From assembly GCA_965153285.1 (NCBI GenBank), contig OZ229121.1: a DNA stretch of 64,000 bases; one strand, written 5' to 3'. The notes below the pieces were generated by a model. It was given only the letters and a program-made list of their open reading frames with translations. It did not search any database and was not told the origin of the DNA. The translations under genes and the position numbers were made by a program. Source of the stretch: Podarcis tiliguerta (lineage: Eukaryota). Below are positions 38,401 through 48,200 of this stretch, in pieces (position 1 is the stretch's first letter; every line of letters starts with the position of its first letter).

Positions 38401-41400
38401 ACTGAAGAATAGTTTCTTGAAGTCTCTGTGAAGAAATGAATGTGTTTCAAAGGGGCCTGTTGACTACATGTTGGGAATTTGGTTTGCTTCTATTGAGACT
38501 ATAAAGGAAATATATTTTGATGCCTTATCTGTGTCATCTTGAACTAGAACTAGAATGTTTTTGTTGACATTTAAAATGTTGATTTTCAAGGTTTTTAAAT
38601 GTTTCATTGCCAATTTTTAGTAACTTTGAGATATTAAAATGTATGTGATAACAATATTACAAAATTTCAGTATCCAGTGAAATAAAATATTTGTAACATA
38701 TAAAGTCTAATCTGGACTTTGTCTTTTCTCTTGATTGCTTTCCTATAGATCCTGCATTATCACAGCCCAAAACAATGGCTCCAGCCTTTCGCCATATCCC
38801 TTTTGGGAATAGCAGCTACTCTTTCATTGCTCCCAAAATGACTTGGGAAGAGGCCAGGGAAAAATGTAATTCAGAACACTCAGAGCTTGCCAGCATTTGG
38901 AATCCCTACATTCAATCATTCCTATGGCTGTGGGTGTTGAAATATGGAGAGCCTGTGTGGATTGGTCTAAACAGCAATATGGTAAGAACTTGGCCAACCA
39001 AGCCAAGTTTGAGGCTCTTATGTGGAAATCAATTCAGGTGGGATACCAGTGATGGAATAACACCACAGTTTAAGAAGGATATTGACAAGCTGGAACATGT
39101 GCAGAGGAGGGTGACCAAGAGGATCAAGGGCCTGGAACCATATCTTATGAGAAACAATTTAGAGAGCTGGGTATGTTTAGCCTGGAGGAGAGAAGACTGA
39201 GAGGTGATATGATAGCCAGCTTCAGATATCCAAAGGGCTGTCACACGGAAAGGGTGGGGCAAGCTTGTTTTCTTGCCTTGGAGGGGAGGAGAAATCAGCT
39301 GTGATTTCTGCATTGCAGGGGTTGGGCTAGCTGAGCCATTGGGCCTCTTCCAACTCTATGCAATTCTCTGATTATATTGAGTGTATGTGCAAGTGAAATG
39401 AAAGGGGAAAATAAATGATGCAGAATTCATGTTGTGGGAAACAAAGATTTTTCTAAACCAGCATGTATTGTTCCATGTGCATTTGGATTTTAGACTGGTG
39501 GGCACTACACATGGATAAACAAGCGGAGATTGGCATATACTAATTGGGCACCTGAAGAACCAACGCAGAAAACAGCCTGTGTCTTCATGGACCTTGAGGG
39601 TCATTGGAAAACAGGAGCTTGCAATGAAACCTACTTTTCTGCCTGTGAGCAGTATACTGGTAAGCAAAGGAAGTATCTGTTTTCATGTGGAACATTACTT
39701 TCTAACTCCAATAAAGTCTCCATTTGAGAACAGTACTGTGCTCTTGGCACTTTTGACTATTTTGTAAGGAATAAATGAGTAAAAAGTTACTATTTAATCC
39801 ATCAGGTTAGAATAATAAACAAACAAAAATAGAACGGAGGCTACAATAAGTAATTGAGCCTCAGGTACTGCAACTAGCTTCCAAAGGAAGGAGGAGTAAC
39901 GAAGTAGGGGATCTTTTTCCTGCTTTGAAATCCCCCTTACCAAATGGTCTTTCTCCTTGAGTTTTTTTACTGCTGTACCTTTGTAATTAGCTGCCCTACC
40001 CTCTTGTGAGAGGAAGGGTAGAAAAAAACAACAACAACAATCTTATAAATAATTTTCATTGATGCTTATTCAATCCCATTGAATGAGATTGATACTGAAG
40101 CAGATTTTCTAACCACATGCTTAAGGATATGGCTTGCCACTAAGGATACAACAAAATTGTGTTCTACTAAACCGTGCTGACTGATCAAATGGTGAACAGA
40201 GCCTTGTTAAACAAATTTATTCTACTTTCAGAATATACAATTCTGACCACAGTAACCATCTTCATCCAGATTGAGGCTAAGTGTCTCATTATTTCTCCAC
40301 ACCCACACCCACACCCACCATGTGGGTGTGTATTTCAGATTCTAGGTGTTGCTTTGTAAAATCACCTGATTCTGCTCAGGCCAATTCCCTGACTGTCCAA
40401 TTCAGCTTGAGGGGTGAAGTTCTCTTCCCCCTACCTTCATTTCTGTTCACTGTTCTGAATTTTAAAAATGACAGTAGTGGCTGACATTTGCCAGCATAGT
40501 AAGAGCATGGATAAAGTCTGCCAAATTATAAACCAATTAGTCCAGGGGTTTTTACGCTAAATACCTTGATCTCTCTGAGATATCGTGCTTTGCTTCATGA
40601 TTCATGATTTCTCTGAACCTTATGCACATCACTAGTGTTTATAGATTTCTAAGATGCCTGTTCTTTTTTTTGAAAGAAAAATATGTTCTCCATAATAGGT
40701 ACAATCCCAACTGAGGAGCCACAGCTCCCAGGAAGATGCCCTACATCAAAAGAAGATGGGAAAGCTTGGGTACCTTTTCGGGCTCATTGCTATCAGTTCT
40801 TCTCTGGTTGGTATGAATGGCCAACAGCTTTCTTCAAATGTGCTGCGTTAGGTGAGTATCATTTTGAATTAGATCACAACATGAATTTTCCATTCTAGTT
40901 AGTACGGAAAGCCAGTGTGGTATGGTGATTACCTGCACTGCAGTTCTCTCCTATACTTCTCTCCAGAAGTAAGTCCCATTGAGTTCAATGGCACTTATAG
41001 ATGCCTATGTAGATATGGGATTTTAGCCCTGGACTTTGACAAGAGAAGCAGAAGCTCAAATTCCTGCTCACCCAGAAAGCTCACTAGATTACCATGGGCC
41101 TTTCAGCTTAGTATATCTCAGTTGCAAGGATAAATTGGGAAACATGATGAGCCCAGCGTCTCATCGTAAACTCTCATTGGAGGTAATGTATGATGAAAAT
41201 GTAATAAATTACCAAACATATACAGTTAATGGGCTGACACTAAAGAACTGTGTGGCTATTTTCCTTTTATGTGCAGTTAGAAATACAGAGTGAAATATGT
41301 TTTAAGTATTGGAGTTCAGGATTTGTGAACCATCTAACTTGCAAAAATGACATTTATTTTAAATAAAATAAAAATCCTTCCAGTAGCACCTTAGAGACCA

Positions 41401-42248
41401 ACTAAGTTTGTTATTGGTATGAGCTTTTGTGTGTACGCACTCTTCAGATACACTGAAACAGAAGTCACCAGACCCTTATATATAGTGAGAGGGAGGGGAG
41501 GGGTATGACTCAGAAGGGTGGTGGGAATGGGTGGTTGGCTGATAGGTGTGGTAAACCTGTTGACGACTGTTAACGACTGTAATTAGTCTTAGAGGAAAAA
41601 GCAAAGGGTGAGATGGCTAAAATAGCTTTATCATGTATAGTGAGATAAGATGAGAGAAATGTTTGATAGTATTACCGCATTTCACCACATAATGGTCACC
41701 ACCGCATAATAGTCGCATCCCTTTTTCTGGACCCGAAAAATGGTCCCAGAGCATTCCTTGCATAATAATCGCTGGGTAACTACTTCTGAGGCTCCTCTAG
41801 GCCTCAGGCCTCTTCCTTTCCTCCTCCAGCTGCCGCCACCCCTGTTCCCCTCATACCTCGCCAGCTTGGCCATGAGCTCCTAGCGGGAGTGGAGCAAGTG
41901 GGAATGTTTCTTCCCACCTTCCTCCTGCTGCTTTTTAATCACTGTTTCAGTGGGAACCGATGCTGGGGATGGCTGGGACACGTGGGCTGAGGGGAGATAC
42001 GGCGGGCACCGGCAGGCCCGGCCACAGGCACTGCTGTCACCACTCATTTGCTGCTCCCATGGCGTTCCTTACTGGCACTTCCTGTCTAAATTTGAATGGC
42101 TGTTCTGGTCTTGCAATTCAAAGTATAGAGCGGTGACTATTATTCACCATAGAGATTCTGATAGATGAGGGATGCTGCTGCACATCAGTAGGGTGGGCAA
42201 TGTAACATATGCCCAGAGTGGCTGGGGAGGCCCTGCCAGATGGGCAGG

Positions 42249-42288
<40 letters not shown>

Positions 42289-45200
42289 AATTATTATTTA
42301 TTATATTCACAAGGAGGGGCTTCATTTTTACAGAAAGGTATGCTAGTGTCTTTTTCTGTAAGTGTTTTCTCTCCCCATGGTCCCGATAGCAACAGTTATT
42401 TTGTCTCCAGCTCATGCTCGCTCTCCCCATGCCATCGGCCCTGCTCTCCTCAGATCCACCTGCTGTTGTCCCCATTTTTTCCTTCGCGTAATGGTCACAC
42501 TTTTGTATTTCCCTGTGTAATAGTTGCACACACACCCTTTTGGAACGGGGAAAAAACGGCACCAAAAATGTGACCATTACGCAGTGAAATACAGTGTCCT
42601 TAAATGTTTTTCTGAACTATTATTATTGGGGAAAGGAGCTAGGTTACAATGATTCTTTTCTACAAAAACATTATGCAATAGGATAGCAATTACAATCATT
42701 TGAAAGAAAAAGATATACACTTTCTGTAAGGTATCCAGAACCTTATATTGTTGCCAGTACTGCACAATGAATCAATGGTCATACTCTGTTAGGCAGTCTC
42801 ATATTTTTCAAGGGGAAGACAATGTTTTAAAGAGCTAACTTTACTCCTCTTCTGTATCTTAGGTGCCACCTTGACTTCGATAGTAGATTTAGCTGAACTG
42901 CATTTTTTGATGGATCACGCTCAACATTTATCTCGTGATGAGTATTGGATCGGAATGCTCAGAAATAACGATGGTAACTGTTTAACATTCAATATTTAAT
43001 GTATAATATATTATTAATGCAAAAATATGTTCAAACATATGGCATTTCATTTTCATTTTGGTTTTTGGAAGTAAAAGAGCTCAGCAGGAATAACTGTTAG
43101 CACAAGCAAATGGTACTAGCAAATTCACATCACCTTGTAATTATGAGTCTGCTTGGCATGCATTCAGTAAATTCACCAATTTTCTGTGAGTTCTTTCATG
43201 GCATGTGCACTATCTTATTGCCCCCTGAAAATTGAAATGATTTGGTCCCCCCCCCCCATTCTTTACTCATCTCCTATCACAAGCCATGGAAGAGAGCTGT
43301 CTGGAAATTCAAATACCTGCATCCAACCAAACTCCACTGAGAATAATAAAAGGGTTATATGTGAAAGGGGGCAACTACATAAAATGTGGCAAAAAAATCA
43401 ATTTACCCAAAAAAGATGCCAAAGAGGTCTTCTTGGTCAAGTTCTTTGAGCGTCTAAAGGATAGCAAACAACAAGAATTTCAACTAGATAGTAAATGGTA
43501 ATAAAGGAAGCAAACCTCCTTTCAAATCTTTAAGCCCTGTCCCTAATCACATCCCTTTTAGTTTGATTATTGCTCTATCTGCCCCAGATGTCCCTCTGGG
43601 CATATTGGGAATATAAACATACCCAGCTGAAGTGAAGGACATGAGGCAGGAGTTGGTAATGTAGGTGAGCTGTGCATAAGCAAGCTGCCAGCTAGCTCTG
43701 CCGAGGCTCTTTTTATTAGCACAATACAAAACCAGTCAGATAAATTTTGGACTGTGACCTTTACACATCTTCCAATCCCGAGATTGAGGGGTAGTACAAA
43801 GTTATTTTGGCAACGGTTTCCACCATGTCACTTTCCCCTTGAACAATGTATGACGAAGGAGACAAAGGTCGCAGACAACGCACGGCAGACTACTAAGAAA
43901 GTAAAAGGTTAGATAGAGGGCATGATGTTTAGACAGCTGCGGTTTGTCTGAGGATGGAAGTGTGCTCCACACCCGGCGATCATTCCTTCACCCAGCTCCT
44001 TTAAGTGCTCCTTATAAAACTTGGTTTAGGCTGTTATCTCTCAGAAGGGGGTGCGGGTGGCGCTGTGGGTTAAACCACAGAGCTAGGACTTGCCGATCAG
44101 AAGGTTGGCAGTTCGAATCCCCGTGACGGGGTGAGCTCCCGTTGCTTGGTCCCTGCTCCTGCCAATCTAGCAGTTCGAAAGCACCTCAAAGTGCAAAGTA
44201 GATAAATAGGTACTGCTCTGGCGGGAAGGTAAACGGCGTTTCTGTGCGCTGCTCTGGTTTGCCAGAAGCAGCTTAGTCATGCTGGCCACATGACCCGGAA
44301 GCTGTCTGTGGACAAACGTCGGCTCCCTCGGCCTATAGAGCGAGATGAGTGTGCAACCCCAGAGTCGGTCATGACTGGACCTAATGGTCAGGGGTCCCTT
44401 TACCTTTACTATCTCTCAGAAGACATGCTGAACTAAATCAAACAGGAATTATTGTCCCATATCTCTGCTGAAGTCCTTTCTGGACTTCAAACGTCATCTC
44501 CTTTTTAACCTAGACCCCCTGTTAAGAATAGCCAGAGGCAAGCACCTGAAAGGATTCCTTCTGCCTCTAGACAGGCACCTTCAGATGTTTCAGACCCATT
44601 TGCTAGATTAGACCAAGATTAGAATGAATGGCGTGATAGTTATCATACTCCACACCAAGCTTTCACATGACTTATTCCAAGATTTGCATTTATTGTATTT
44701 ACTATGCAGAGCATTACAAACTTTTGAGCTTAATGCAGCACCCAACCACCCTGAGACTGCCTTTCCTGTCTCCAAAGCTGCTGCTGTCCTTAAGGAACCC
44801 CAACTCTCTTCCTCAGGAGTCCTGGTTCCTGCTCCTTTGAAGACTATTAGGGCAGGATGAGAGCCTACAATATAAAAAGCTGTAGACATCACTAATAAAT
44901 TGTACATATTACAAACTTAATTCATGGATTCCCTTAAAACCCCTAGGGTAGATTTTTCTGATTTCTAATTTAGTTTCCAAACTTCTGCTTCCTAGATTCA
45001 CAATTAAATTAGAGATTGGGCTACATAATCATGAAGCCTCCATCCTAGCCATTAGAGGAGCATGCATAGGGCCTGCAGCATGCCTGAACCACGCGTATTT
45101 CCTGAGGGGGAGGTGCATAGCTGTCAACTTTTCCCTTTTCTTGAGAGGTATCCTATTTGGAATAAGGGGATTTCCCTTAAAAAAAAGGAAAACGTTGACA

Positions 45201-48200
45201 GCTATGGGGAGGTGGCGGGTGGACTGCCTGAAAGCTCTGCACTGCTTTTTTGAGCAGTGCAGGGCTTGCGTCTGCCCACTGCCTCTGCCACCCTAAAGCT
45301 GAGTGGGAGGCTGCAGAGAGGCTCCACGCAGCCGCCCTCCCTTGGCTTGCCCCGCCCCCATGGCAGCTCACTCTGCCCCCGGCTGCAGGACATGTGCGCC
45401 GCACCAGGCACCCAAGCGGATAGCTACACCGCTGCATTGGGGTTGGGTTAATGCTGCCAAAAATCACTGAGATCATTAGTGCATTCAGTGTTCTGATATG
45501 AGAATGGTGGTAGCTTGCACATTTTCAAAACTGCAAACGTTTGAGAGGCAAAGCAGTCAGTTTAGTTTTAAAACATATTTTCATATCTGAAGGCAGCTCT
45601 GTATTTTAACGGTTTTTAATGTTTGATGTCTCACTGTGTTTTTATAATTTGTTACAAGCCGCCCAGAGTGACTGGGGGAACCCAGTTAGATAGGAGGGGT
45701 ACAAACTACTACTACTACTGCTAACATTGTTGTTTTTGTTGATATTGTCTTACACTTATTATTCTACTGTTTTCCATTCCATTATGTAATTTATTTATTT
45801 TAATAAATAGGAGAATGGCTATGGCAAGATAACACTGCACTGGATTTTGTCAATTGGGACAATGAAACGCCCACAGCTGATCCTGAGTCATACCGTTTTA
45901 AAAATGAGAGATGCGTTTTCATGAACAGCCAAAATGGGAAGTGGTTCAGGGGAGGGTGCAGCTATGACAAGGGATATATATGTAAAAGAAACAAAAGTAA
46001 GTCTTAAATGGTTATTAGACTTAATTTACCAATAATTCTGATTCAATATAGTAGTTTAATGATGAGTAGAGCTACTGCTTAGGACTTTTTCCTATCTTGG
46101 CATTTTAACAACAAACTCCCCCCCCCCCGAGCTATCCTTACTAGCAAGTTCTCAGCATTCTTTGTGGCAATCTCTCCATAGATATACTGTCTACCATCCT
46201 TTATGTCGCATAAGCCACTTTTCATCAAATGGAGGCTCTGCTTTTTGTCTTTACTGCTCTTTGTCACTTCCTACTGCCTGTCCAGCTTCTGGCAGACCTT
46301 ACTGATGCTTCCAGTTGTTGACACCATAATAATAAATGGCAGAAGTGATGACAGAACCAAAGGTGAAGCGTATTTATTTTTTGCTGCTAATAATATGATA
46401 GCCTGTCTTTATTTATATAATAAGATTATTAACATTTGATAAATACCTAATAATAAATGTTCTCCCCCTTTATCATTTACAGTCCCTAGAACTGTGGAGT
46501 TTTTATAATTCATAATGTTTTTTATAAATCAGTCCTTTTCTTCAAGAGGGAATATAATTTAATAGTTTCCACACTGACAGGTTTAAAGTTGAGGTCACTA
46601 TACTTGATGTTGCTATCACAGGGATTTGGTGAATGCACTAAACATTTCAGATTCAATGCTTGTTTTATATTTTTAAATAGTCAAGTTTTGTATTGAAATG
46701 TCAGGATTGGTAATGAGCACTAGTAAAGAATCATGCCTGCCTTTTGGTTTTGTATTATGCTGTGATATCTATAATTTACACAGTAAGCATATCTTTTATT
46801 TTATAGTTATTGAAGAGATGACAACTCCTTCAAAAATGCCTGGTAAGACTCTTATTAAAATAACTAAGTTAAAGTGTTAAGCATCTACCATTGGCAACAG
46901 CAGGTGGGTTTAAAAGATTTATAAGATTTTCTATCAAAAAGAGTAAATCCAGATTAATGGGGCCAGAGGAACGAATGCAGGCTGACATTCAGGTGGACAC
47001 TGCAAAGACCTTGCAGACATCAGGTCATTTCCCCTACCACAGCTCAGCTCTCACTCTTTGCTCCCCATTTGTAATGAGAATGAAGCTTAATATGTGCTGC
47101 AAAACTTGTAAGGCCTGCGAAAGAAATGACAAGAAAGGCCCGGCACATAGGACAAAATTTAGTCTAAAGTCACAGCCAGTAGTGAGATCTGCAATGAACG
47201 AACCATGGCCCCACATTTGAGGGTCTTCTAAATTAGGGTTACCAGATATCCCCGTTTCCAGGGAACAGTCCCCAGATTTACAAATCAGTCCTCATACAAA
47301 ATCCATTGAAGTTGAAAAGTGTCCCCGGATTCATTGAAAAAAATTCTGGTAACCTTATTCTAAACCATGGAAGTCTCATAAATGGTGCAACTGAGGCCGC
47401 AACAACCTCTCTGATCAAGATCAAGTCTTTACTCAGAATGGTGGGCATGTTGAGCACCATGATTCTGAGTTGTTACACTACTATTATGTCATTTTGCTTG
47501 GAGGGCTGCCACTCCCATCCCAACCGGTAGCAGTCATGTCTTTCGTAGCAGGATGGCAGGCAAAAATCAACAGCAGAATTTTCTCTCAGGGTAATTTCTA
47601 CCAGATATGCGGGCACAAACTGGTTCTGCTGGCTCTACTGGGGAAGAAAGGATGGCAACTCTTTTCTGGTGAAGAACAGATACTATGAAGCAGGAGAGGT
47701 GGAGGATGGGAGAGAGATCTTGATTTAATGGAAAATTCAATAATGTCGCATGTGAAAAGTGGGGCGGGGGGAGAGGGTAAGTTCCTCTCTCATCTGCATA
47801 TCCATAAAACAATGGTATCCTGTTAAAGTTGTAGTGCAAATTGCCTTGACATTTGGGAATTGTTCAGCTGCACTGAAATATCCAACGTCTTTTGGGTTGG
47901 ATTCCTTCAGAACCTGCCAAAACTCTTTCTTTAAAAAGGGCCTTTCTTTTTCTACTTCAAGGAGAATCAGAGCAGCTCTCATACACACACAGGTTCTGAT
48001 TCCACATCAGTTCAGCTTTTGCATCTTCTTCCCTCCTGCCCCTCGTCCCGTCAGATGGCCATTTCCTTGGTTTGTAAGCTCACAGCAGACTATGCTTAGG
48101 TGAAGCAAACAACACCAGGATGTGTGACTCTGTTGGGTTTGGTTTCTTTCAGCTTCTCATTTTTCTATCTTAAATTCATTTCTCATCATTCCCCCACCCA

